Of a stretch of 64,000 nucleotides of DNA, positions 12,538 through 23,116 are shown piece after piece. Source of the DNA: Podarcis pityusensis (lineage: Eukaryota); assembly GCA_964106645.2 (NCBI GenBank), contig OZ067047.1. One strand, 5' to 3'. Below the pieces are notes generated by a model. It had not been told where the DNA came from. It was given only the letters and a program-made list of their open reading frames with translations, and searched no databases. The stretch's first letter is position 1. The number at the start of each line of letters is the position of its first letter. Both the position numbers and the translations under genes were made by a program.

Positions 12538-13526
12538 CTTTAGACTATATTTTGGTACTAAGGCTGAACCACAATAAACATTAGGGATGAGGTTAGCATG
12601 GCAACATAGGGCCCCCCCCCCGAAAAGTCATTGCAATGCGTTCCCTGTCAATTTAGCATCCAAAACAGGGTGTGGAGGTGGTGGACACAGGTACTGAGCA
12701 AAGTCCTTTCCCTAAATCTGAAGTAAGTACAGGCAGATGTTTACAATTGATGCTCCTTGAACTACACTTGACTCAACCTTATTGGTGCAAACCACTGCGA
12801 TTTTATAACTTAGCTAGTTATGGGTAGAGGCGGAGGGCTTGGTAAGTATGTCTGTAGTTCCTTATCCTGGCATCTGAAGGTGTGATTGATAATTCAACTT
12901 AAAATGGATGTTGAAGTTATTTCATCTACACCAGCAGTCCCAAAATAATGCTTAGACTCCATAGAGCACATTTCAAACAGTCCAGAGTGTTTCACATACA
13001 TTATAGCTTCCTTATATAAGCATACTATAGACCTGCCTCCGACTAATGATTTATTTTACTTCAAAGCTATTACAGGCCTGGATGACAAATGGGAGCAATT
13101 ACTCCAAATGATACACCTTGGCTTAACCCTGGGGTCCAATCCCCCTCTCCATCTCTCCTGGCTTCCCAATCTTTTGCAAGCCTACACCAGTAATTTGACC
13201 AAAAGGATAGATGCACAAGTGTGGGGTAATTTATTCTCATCTTAGAAGCATGCTAGAACATAAGTCGTGTAGGGCTTATTCAAGATAAATTTTATAAGTA
13301 CAGAGTGACCATAGGTGGCCCAAGCTTGAAGGGTTCCTTAGCACATTTTTCCTACAACAAGGAACCCAATGCTTCCCCTCAGCAGGCTTTCCTGGCAGTG
13401 GTGTCACTACTCTGGCACAGGCCACTACTGTTTTGATTTCCCATATTGCCCTGAGTAACACTAAAGATCAGCCATGTTCAAGACACAAACGCTGTAAGGT
13501 CACCAGCTAAGGAGCGAAACCAAGTA

Positions 13527-13755
13527 CAGTGGTACCTCAGGTTACATACGCTTCAGGTTACAGACTCCGCTAATCCAGAAATATTACCTCAGGTTAAGAA
13601 CTTTGTTTCAGGATGAGAACAGAAATCGTGCTCCAGCGGCGTGGTGGCAGCAGCAGGAGGCCCCATTAGCTAAAGTGGTGCTTCAGGTTAAGAACAGTTT
13701 CAGGTTAAGAACGGACCTCCGGAACGAATTAAGTACTTAAGCCGAGGTACCACTG
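13527..13755. mobile_element. Tc1/mariner-pogo-type MITE (~230 bp)
   Basis: TIR CAGTGGTACCTC...GAGGTACCACTG flanked by TA; further copies at 21072, 26203 and 51612. Confidence 0.9.
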
Positions 13756-16557
13756 TATCTGACTCTGAAGCTGATACTGTTGAGCAGGAGCACAACTCTT
13801 AGGGCTAAAAGGTTGCTGACAACTCAGAATCTGAGAGAGAGGCACAGTCTCGAGTTCCCAGCAATCTTCCCGAAAACATAGGTTTTGAGGCTTCAGTAAA
13901 TGCTTCAGCCCCTCTGATACACACATGGACAGACGTCCAATAAGGACAATTGGAACCTGGTGGCCAGGAACCCTCTGAATCAGATCCTACAACAACAACA
14001 AAGCCCATAGGGTCAGAGTTGGGCACCTTCCACAAACAGGAGGAGATGATCACAGTATAGCACAGCCAGAAGGCGCCTGGGCCAGACTTCCAGATCTCCC
14101 TACAAGAACTACACTGAGCACAACATACCACTTAACACTGCCAATGATTCACTCTCAGAGGCTGTTTGTGATTTTGAGAGACTGTTTGTTTTGGCTCTCT
14201 GTGGCCAAGACCCTGAGGGTGAAGAGGAAAAGGGCTGCTGGTCTATGAAGCTCAGCATTGTGTACAGGCGTGGGATGGACCTTGGGGTCTTATATTTCAA
14301 TGGCGCCCTGTGCATTGCCCAAATTTGGCCCCCCTGCCCCACCTCTCACACTCCATTCCAAGTCATAGTTGTGGCACCCTTGAGTACAGTGACTAGCAGC
14401 AGTTCTCCACTATTTCAGACAGAACGTGTATTTGGAGATACATGTTTTATTAGGAGCTGCCACCCCTGCTTGCTCTGTTTTTCCTCTTCTCCCATACCTG
14501 CCCAGACTCTTTACACCTTACTCATCCATTGCAGCTCACTCCAAGCACCACCCACTTTTAAAGGAGGGGGAGGGGTGGTTTTCTGAAGCACCTCCCCCAC
14601 TTTGTTGAACCTCGATGCAGCCATGTTTAACAGGGGAGGGCAAAGCACTCTGTGAAGGACCTTCCCTGTCTTTGTTAAACACCTGACCTGAGCAGCCTGC
14701 CACTCTGTTGTTATGCTGGAGTTGGCAAGACCGCCTATTGGCCACGCAAACTGCAGCATGACAACAGCCTTACATTTTTATCTATATAGGAAGAAATGCA
14801 TACTTTATTATGCATAACTGCATATCTAAGTCCAAATTTTCATTTAAAATCCCAGATTAAGGTGGACTATTTCTATTCGGTCCCATTTCTGCATTAATCT
14901 GGGATTTAAAAACAAAAACCAAAAGCACATGAAAGTATAGCTAAGTTGTTAAATACACATTTTTAATTCATTTTTTAGTTGAGAACTGCATTGCAACGAT
15001 CCAGGAAGTGCACGATCTAGTGGACAGCTAATTCGTACATTAGTCCAGGAGACACAGATTGGGTTAATTCATATGAGGATTTCCACAGAGCCATTTTCTC
15101 AAACATAGAACTTCTATTGCTGAGTGATAGCTCCCCTCCAGTAGTGCAATAGCAGGTCTATATAAGTGTTGCTTGCTTCCAATTTCCCTCAGTGACCCTT
15201 TTGATCCTCGTCTCACACAATGACTCAGTTAACACATGAAGCTAAGCCAAACCATGGCTTAGCATGAAAGAGCAGGTATGCAGGTTCCCACAATGAAGAT
15301 CAGAGCCATAACCCTCCTCTCGCAGTCCTGCCACTGCCATGCTACCAGGACTAAGCTAGGGTTTGGCTCAGTGTTGCGTCTCGCCCCATACAATCCATGA
15401 GCTGTGTCTAAGATTTGTTCTTGGCTTTGCTGATTGCGGTTTTTCTGGGGGAGGCAGACACAAGTCTGAGTTTGGATGTAACACTGTGCTAAGCCACAGG
15501 ACCAGGTGAGGAGCACTGGCTTGGTCTTCACTCAAGGAAGGAACCTGCTCATTTGATATGGTTTAGCTTAGCAATATTTGCAAAACGGGCCACAGAGAAG
15601 CCTCCTGAAAAAATGGTGCAGCCTAGCTGGCATGAGAGAGAGGTGCCTTGACCATACTTGCAGATCCCCCCCCCCCAAGTGCTAACAGCTGAACACAACA
15701 TACCACTTAACACCTCTGATGATTCAGGGGGCTGCTACTAATTTTGAGAGACTATTATCTTCCCAGGGTGTTACCTATGGATTTCTGTTTTTGTTTTTTA
15801 CACTTGGGCAAACACAGTTAGGCATAGATAGCTGCGTTTCTTCAGTCTGGAAGCCCATGATGAATGGGTGAGTTTCCAGGGGAGCTCTTAAAAGGGTAGT
15901 TGCTGCAAGAGTTTTATCAGCACAGTGCCAGATGTTTCCATTACGCCTTTTCTTTTCAGCATGCTCTGTCATTTAATTCCGTTTTGCAATAGTGCATGAT
16001 GACTGAATCAATATGCTTTTGCCACTGATTTCTCCCACTCCTTAAAGAGAAAACAGCTTATAAAGGGAGAGGTGGAGGGATGTGTGTTGGGTACTAAGTT
16101 GTACTGCATGAGCCTATGACTGCTTACTCAGAAGTAAGTCCCACTGATTTCAATGGGGCTTACTCCCAGGTAACTGGCATTAGGATTGCAGCTGAGCGAG
16201 TCAACTGCAATGAATCTCTGTTGTCCGGGGATCCCTTAAGTCCCAGACATCCACCCATGTATTGCAGCACTTTCAACTCAGTTTCCCATTCGCAGCACTT
16301 TAGCTTCTGCATTATGTACACTACAATGCATAATGGGGTTTTGTGGGCCATCTAATGCTGTTTTGAAACCCCTTGAGAAATGTGTTCTGTGAGTTCCAAA
16401 TTCCCTTTCTAGAGATGCAGATCTTCTCTAAAATGGTTTGTGAAGACTGATGATTCGAGTATCTTGTTGTGTGTGCCTATGATATTGTGCATCGGAAGAT
16501 CACACAGCACGTAAGAATACTGCATCGTTGTTGTTGTTGTGTGTATGCTCATCAAGC

Positions 16558-17645
16558 CCCACTCGCTGGATCATCACCTAGTCATGGTGAGTGGGCTTGC
16601 ATGTTCCTATGACCCTTGTGAGCTCTTCAATCTGAGCAGGCTGAAAGCAAAGAGTAAGGTTACTGTAACTTCCGTCATAGAGCTTCAGTATGCTGATGAC
16701 AACGTAGTGTGCGTACGCTCAGAGGATGACCCCCAAACCATCCTAAATATCTTTGCAGAAGCTTACAAAAAGCTTGTCCTATCACTCAATGCCCAAAAAA
16801 CCAGTGCTACACCAACAAGTACAAAATAACCCCTCTGCAGCGTCACAAATCCAACTCAATGGTGTAACGTTGGAAAATGTTGATCACTTCTTCTACCTAG
16901 GCAGTTATCTTTCCACAAGGGCCAACATTGATGCCGAAATCCAGCATCGCCTGAGCTCTGCGAGTGCGGATTTCTCCCGATTGAAGCGCAGAGTGTTTGA
17001 GGACCGAGACATTCGCGGGGAAACCAAAATGCTGGTTTACATTCCATCAATGGTGTCTCCGAAAAATTTTACGCATCACTTAGGAAGACAGGCAAACTAA
17101 TATCAGTGTACTGGAAGAAGCAAAGATCACCAGTGTTGAAGCAATGATTCTTCAACATCAACTGATTTGGACTGGCCATGTTGTGCAGATGCCTGATTAT
17201 CGTCTTCCAAAGCAACTACTCTATTCCGAACTTAAAAATGGAAAGCGTAATGCTGGTGGTCAACAAAAGAGGTTTAAAGACTGTCTCAAGGCAAATCTTT
17301 AAAAATGTAGTATAAACACTGACAACTGGGAAACACTGGCCTGAGAGTGCTCCAGTTGGAGAACAGCCTTTACCAAAGGTGTCATGGGCTTTGAAGACAC
17401 TCGAACTCAGGATGTAGGGGAGAAACATGCTAAGAGGAAGGCACACTTGGCAAATCCACACCGTGATCAACTCCCGCCCAGAAACCAATGTCCCCACTGT
17501 GGAAGGACGTGTGGATCCAGAACTGGCCTCCACAGTCACTTGGAGTCATTGTTAAAACCATGGACTCATTGTTAAAACCATGTTTATGGAAGACAATCTT
17601 ACTCGGCTATGAGTGATCGCCAAAGAAGAAGAAAAAGAAGAAGAA
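16558..17645 (+). mobile_element. RTE-clade LINE, internally deleted, with (GAA)n tail
   Basis: RT motif VIELQYADD; LENVDHFFYLGS; C-terminal CPHCGRTCGSRTGLHSH zinc finger; TSD GCTCATCAAGC/GCTGATCAAGC. Confidence 0.85.
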
Positions 17646-18062
17646 GCTGATCAAGCAGGCATTCTATCATGGGATCTGCAGAGCCATGTTCATGATCTGG
17701 ATGAAATTATAGGAGATGGCAACACTAATGCAAACATAGTTCTTTCCTTATGTAAACTTTGCTGCTCATCAATCCCAAAGATTGCCAGACAGATAGGAGA
17801 GAGATCAGTGTGTGCTGCCCACAAATACACCCCCTCTCCCAAAAAGAAGCCAGCCTTTATCAGCAATGGTAGTGGCCGGAACAGTAATTAATTTGTTTGT
17901 CCATAGTGGCATACAATAAATTAACAGTAGAGCAAGCAGCTCATGAGCCTTGGTTGCAGCATCAACAATCACTAGAAAGCCTTGTGATGATGCCAGGAAT
18001 CCTTTTTTTCCCTGGAAGCTGTCCAGAGTGGCTGGGGAAACCCAGCCAGATGTGTAGGAGGG

Positions 18063-18098
<36 letters not shown>

Positions 18099-18974
18099 GA
18101 TGATGCGGAATGTCTGTAGCTCAGAGGTCGAGCCCATGCTTTTCAAGCAAAAGGTCCCAGTTTAAATTCCCAGCTTTTCAGATCAAGGTGGGAAGGACCC
18201 CATCTAATCCCTGGGAAAGGGGATTAACTGTTAAACCACTGGACATTGTAGTTCTGTGAGGACTAGAAGTGCCCTGACAACGTCCAGCACCTTTTACAAA
18301 CTACAGTTCCCAGGGTTTGGGGGGGGGGGGGACCAGGACAGTTTAATGTGGTATAATGCTGCTTAAAATGCATACACTATACACTATGGGGCCCAGACGA
18401 GAGAGACAGATTCCACAGGCAATAACACTCCACAATCTCAGGCATTTAAGGTCCCCATGCCATGACTATATGGCAGAAGGTCATAAATGCAGATCCCCAT
18501 ACCAAAGTAACCTTAAACTATTGTTCTGGGAAGCAGCCAGTCTGCAGTTCCCTGAGGGAAGTGGGAAAACAGAAGTGAGAGCAAATGGGGGCCCCAAACC
18601 ATTTATGGCTTTATGAATTATACAAAGCCTCTCCTCCATTCTGCCGAGAAGTAAACAAGGCACCAAATGACGTTAGCTCTTTTGTTTACTGGTGTGGCTT
18701 TATGGGCCACACTTTGCCGGCACAGCGCCCACCCGCCTGCCGCCTTTGTGAGCCACTGTGCTACCTAATAAAAAGCAGCAAATAACGCTATCAACACATA
18801 ATGCGCTTCAGTGAGAAGGCTCTTTTATTTTATTTTATCCCATGCTTCTTTTGAAACAAACTTTCAGATTTGTTTGCAACTGCTTTGAAAATAAAAAACA
18901 GGAGCACTTATTCCACACTTTTCAGTGCCTGCCAGTTTTACTTTGTGGGTAGGGAGGTGAACATCAGTAGTAGT

Positions 18975-19150
18975 AGTAACAATAATAATAATAATAATAA
19001 TATTTTATTTATACCCTGCCCTCCCCGGCCAGAGCTGGGCTCAGGACAGCTAACACCAATAAAATTACAATAAAACATAATGGGGGGAACCAGTTTATTA
19101 AAATACGGGTTAAAATACAATTTAAAATGCAGTTAAAATACAATTTAAAA
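18975..19150 (-). mobile_element. L2-like 3' end with (AAT)n, abutting BovB
   Basis: Reverse-strand counterpart of the 9110-9280 tail. Confidence 0.65.
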
Positions 19151-19513
19151 TTTGAATTATGGTGCTGGAGGAGACTCGAGAGTCCCATGGACTGCAAGAA
19201 GCTCAAACCTCTCCATTCTTAAGGAAATCAGCCCTGAGTGCTCACTGGAAGGACAGATCCTGAAGCTGAGTTTCCAATACTTTGGCCACCTCATGAGAAG
19301 AGAAGACTCCCTGGAAAAGACCCTGATGTTGGGAAAGATGGAGGGCACAAGGAGAAGGGGATGACAGAGGACAAGATGGTTGGATAGTGTTCTCTAAGCT
19401 ACAAACATGAGTCTGACCAAACTGCGGGAGACAGTGGAAGACAGAAGTGCCTGGCGTGCTCTGGTCCATGGGGCCACGAAGAGTCGGACACGACTAAACA
19501 ACTAAACAGCAAC
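19151..19513 (+). mobile_element. BovB (RTE) LINE 3' fragment
   Basis: RVPWTARSSNLSILKEISPECSLEGQILKLSFQYFGHLMRREDSLEKTLMLGK is the BovB ORF C-terminus; ends gagtcggacacgactaaacaac. Confidence 0.9.
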
Positions 19514-20099
19514 TATATTCTGTGGCATTTCCTTCCTAGTAAGAGCTGCGGATAGAATTGCATCCTAACATCCTGACCCTGTGGGCATTATCCAGGCATA
19601 GGCGAGTACAGAATGGGCAGTCTTCACTTGCAAGCCTAGGCATATTTGCTCAGAAGCAACACCAAATGTGTTCAATCGCGGGGTCCTACTTCCAGGTAAA
19701 ATGTGCAGAGGGCGTTGTTGTGGCTGTAACACTCTTAATAAAAAAAATCAAATCGAAGTGGTTGAACCCCACTGCGACTAACGGGAAGTGCAGCTGGATC
19801 CTGTTTCTATCGGAAGCAATTCCCGCTGAGTTCAGCAATGTTTGCCCCCAAGTGCATAGGATTGGAGAGTAACAAGTGTGCACCCAGATTCCCACCTAAA
19901 CCCACAGGCTTAGGACTGTTCGTATGAACAGCATCCCGATCCTGTGCAGAGGCGGGCACGTGTAAACAGAAAGCCCATTAGGTTTTTAGTCCTCTGTAAA
20001 GTGCATACAGCGGATTGAGCCCCTTGGCTTTAATAGGCTTAGGTGTGCGCCATAGGATCTTGGCTACTATGCGGCACAAGTCCTGCCAGCCGCCTAGCT

Positions 20100-20300
20100 G
20101 CCACTTCAGAAGCAAACGCGCTGCAGCTCCTCGCTGCTGAAAGAAGAGTCCCGCGAGCCTCTGGGTTCCGTACGCTGACGTCACTCCCGGGCCCGGCCGA
20201 ATGGCGGCATCCTTTGGGAATACGGCGCATGCGCGTGCTCACCTTCCAAGGTTCCCCTCGGCGGCGCCTTCCGCTTTCGAGATTTTGCGCGCGGACTCGG
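20100..20300 (+). promoter_or_regulatory. MRPS33: MRPS33 CpG-island promoter with CRE, YY1 and NRF1 motifs
   Basis: TGACGTCA 20176-20183; AATGGCGGC 20200-20208; GCGCATGCGC 20225-20234; CpG-dense. Confidence 0.75.
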
Positions 20301-20357
20301 ACCCGGAGCGGTTAGAAGGAAGCACGCTTCCTGCAGGCGGAGGAGCGCTTGGGGCAG
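20260..20357 (+). other. MRPS33: MRPS33 non-coding exon 1 (5' boundary approximate)
   Basis: Strong donor CAG|GTGAGG at 20357/20358 at the 3' edge of the promoter motifs; MRPS33 orthologues have a 5' UTR exon. Confidence 0.6.
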
Positions 20358-20555
20358 GTGAGGTGCGGGAGGCAGCGCTTTGCAAAGGGTCGCTCCTGCT
20401 TTCATTTTCCCGGGAGGGTTGTGAGCCAAGCCGTTTGCAAACTCCCAGGAGAGAGTCCTGGGCACGGGCTTGCGGGTGCGTTTAACTTTGGAACTGGGTG
20501 CGTTTAATTTCATGACCTCGGAGCGAGTCACATCCGTGCGCGCTTCCTTGCATTA

Positions 20556-20926
20556 AAAGGTAAAGGTACCCCTGCCCGTACGGGCCAGTCTTGCCAGACT
20601 CTAGGGTTGTGCGCTCATCTCACTCTATAGGCCGGGAGCCAGCGCTGTCCGCAGACACTTCCGGGTCACGTGGCCAGCGTGACAAGCTGCATCTGGCGAG
20701 CCAGCGCAGCACACGGAACGCCGTTTACCTTCCCGTTCACCTTCTTGCTGGTAAGCGGTCCCTATTTATCTACTTGCACTTAAGGGTGCTTTCAAACTGC
20801 TAGGTGGGCAGGAGCTGGGACCGAACGACGGGAGCTCACCCCGCCGTGGGGATTCGAACCGCCGACCATGCGATCGGCAAGTCCTAGGCGCTGAGGTTTT
20901 ACCCACAGCGCCACCCGCGTCCCGTT
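20556..20926 (-). mobile_element. Sauria SINE (second subfamily, CpG-intact)
   Basis: Full head and ACCTTT tail; TSD TTCCTTGCATTA at 20544-20555 and 20927-20938. Confidence 0.9.
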
Positions 20927-21071
20927 TTCCTTGCATTACGCTTGGCTGAAATCCGTACAGATCGCGATGGGATCTTTGAACTGGATGGGGCTTGCTCTCC
21001 AGGAAGTGCGCTCAAGAGTCCAGCCTTGCATCAGAATGGTTGGGATCCGTTTGCCGGAAACAGATACAGTA

Positions 21072-21303
21072 CAGTGGTTACATACGCTTCAGGTTACATA
21101 CACTTCAGGATACAGACTCTGCTAACCCAGAAATAGTGCTTCAGGTTAAGCACTTTGCTTCAGGATAAGAACAGAAATCGTGCTCCGGCGGCGCGGCAGC
21201 AGCAGGAGGCCCATTAGCTAAAGTGGTGCTTCAGGTTAAGAACAGTTTCAGGTTAAGTACGGACCTCCGGAACGAATTAAGTACTTAACCCAAGGTACCA
21301 CTG
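21072..21303. mobile_element. Tc1/mariner-pogo-type MITE
   Basis: Same family as 13527-13755. Confidence 0.85.
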
Positions 21304-21307
21304 TACA

Positions 21308-21643
21308 GTAAAGGTAAAGGGACCCCTGACCATTAGGTCCAGTTGTGGCCGACTCGGGTTGCGGCGCTCATCTCGCTTTATTGGCCGAGGGAGCCGGCAT
21401 ACAGCTTCTGGGTCATGTGGCCAGCATAACTAAGCCACTTCTGGCGAACCAGAGCAGCGCACGGAAACGCCATTTACCTTCCCGCCGGAGCGGTACCTAT
21501 TTATCTACTTGCACTTTGAAGTGCTTTCGAATTGCTAGGTTGGCAGGAGCAGGGACCGAGCAACGGGAGCTCACCCCATTGCGGGGATTCGAACCACCGA
21601 CCTTCTGATTGGCAAGTCCTAGGCTCTGTGGTTTAACCCACAG
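21308..21643 (-). mobile_element. Sauria SINE, slightly 5'-truncated
   Basis: Homologous to 3914-4289; ACAGTAAAG repeated at both ends. Confidence 0.88.
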
Positions 21644-22898
21644 TAAAGTACTTGTGAGCAAACATGCCCAGGCTCCTCCTGCAGCTTCTTCCTCCTTGAC
21701 CTTCCCTCCAACTGCATTTCTTCCCAAAAGCTTCACCTTTCTTTCCCTAAGATATCTCTCTTTAAAGAAGTCCCTGCTATATCGAATCCCTGTACTGGGG
21801 CTGGTGAGAGATAGAGTGCAATTGAAACAGCATCTGGAAGGCCGCAGGTTCCTTACCCCTTTTCAGTCCAGGGGCCGCTTTTTCTTCTCAGCAACTTTCC
21901 AGGGCTGCATGCTAGCAATGGGGGCATGCGCCCTAGGCGAAAGCAGTTGGAGCAACAAGTACAGATTTTGCCTTTCCACAGTGTGCCAGTTTCTTCACGC
22001 AGTCTCATTGTCTCACACACCCCTCTCGGACCTCCATCCAGAAAAGCAAGAAGCATTATGGTCATATCTGCATTATACGTTTGCAGTATCATGGCACTTT
22101 AAACAGCTATGGCTCCCTCCAAAGAATCCTGGGATTTGTAGTTAAAGGGTGCTGAGAGCTGTAGGAGACAATCTAACTACAGAGCTACAGTTCTCGTGTT
22201 GGTTTAACAATCAGTTCTACCCATGGAACTCTGGGAATTGTAGCTCCATGAGAGGAATAAAGATCTCCTAACAGTTATCAGCAGCTTTAACAAACTATGC
22301 TTTCCAAGATTTTCTAGTGCCCACCACGACTCTTTAAAATGATCTGGTACTGCTTTAAATATATAGTTCAGATGGGCCTATAAAAGTTCAAGCCAGGCAA
22401 AAGAACTCAAGGAGGATGTAAAAAAGGGCCATTAGTAATGGGACAAATATATGCAAATGCTTAGACTTCTTTTTAGTTGCTGGGAGTTTGAACTAGGAGG
22501 CTATTCCAACCTGGTGTCCTCTAGATATTCTGGACTGCATCTCCTCCCACCAGCCGGCATAGCCAATGATCAAATATGATGGCAGCTGTTGTTCAAAGCA
22601 TCTGGAGGGCACCAGGCTTGGGAAGCCTGGGCTATGCCGATAGCTTAATGGAAAAGGTAAGTTTTGAAGGTACAAAATGTTTTAAGAATATGAAGGCTTA
22701 ATGAGAATCTTTAGAAGAAAATTTTTTAAATTGCAAGAACACTTTGTATGTTCTTTTAAAATAGAGATTGAAAATGGAAGTAGACGTTTGATTGAAACAT
22801 ACTCTTGGCGTACTGGACTGTCTCACTACTGCAGCCTTCCCCCACTTCTAGTGAGGAGGTGCCTACAATTCCATGTGCCGCCCAGTTTGTGCTTGGAG

Positions 22899-23116
22899 AT
22901 GTCATCCAATCTGTCCTACTACGCTTTACGGATGGCCCACTTGAGCGCTCGGATATTTGGAGAAGTGGCTCGCCCAACTGATGCATCGTCCATGAAAGTC
23001 GTGAAGCTGTTAAGCGAGCAGCCCTATGCGAAACGGAAGGAAGTTTATGGCTGGTATCCTCCGCACAATACCTACCACAACCTCATGACGAAACTTCGCT
23101 ACTATGGTCTCTACAG
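22899..23116 (+). CDS. MRPS33: Mitochondrial ribosomal protein S33 (mS33), first coding exon
   Basis: [73 protein letters not shown] aligns with human [26 protein letters not shown]...; donor AG|GTGATC, phase 2. Confidence 0.96.

Noticed and set aside
15994-16030. ATGATGA...CTGA C/D-like boxes
   Set aside because: Only ~35 nt apart, intergenic, no terminal stem
17541-17580. 20-bp tandem duplication in the RTE 3' end
   Set aside because: Ordinary slippage event in a dead element
1-20000. TMEM178B coding exon expected from human synteny
   Set aside because: No matching peptide recognised in the ORF track; probably outside the window
21609-22145. 178-aa ORF in MRPS33 intron 1
   Set aside because: Begins in a SINE, ends in a MITE, non-ATG start, no recognisable protein
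22701-22898. 66-aa N-terminal extension of MRPS33 in the ORF track
   Set aside because: Intronic/UTR sequence; homology begins at ATG 22899 and acceptor sites intervene
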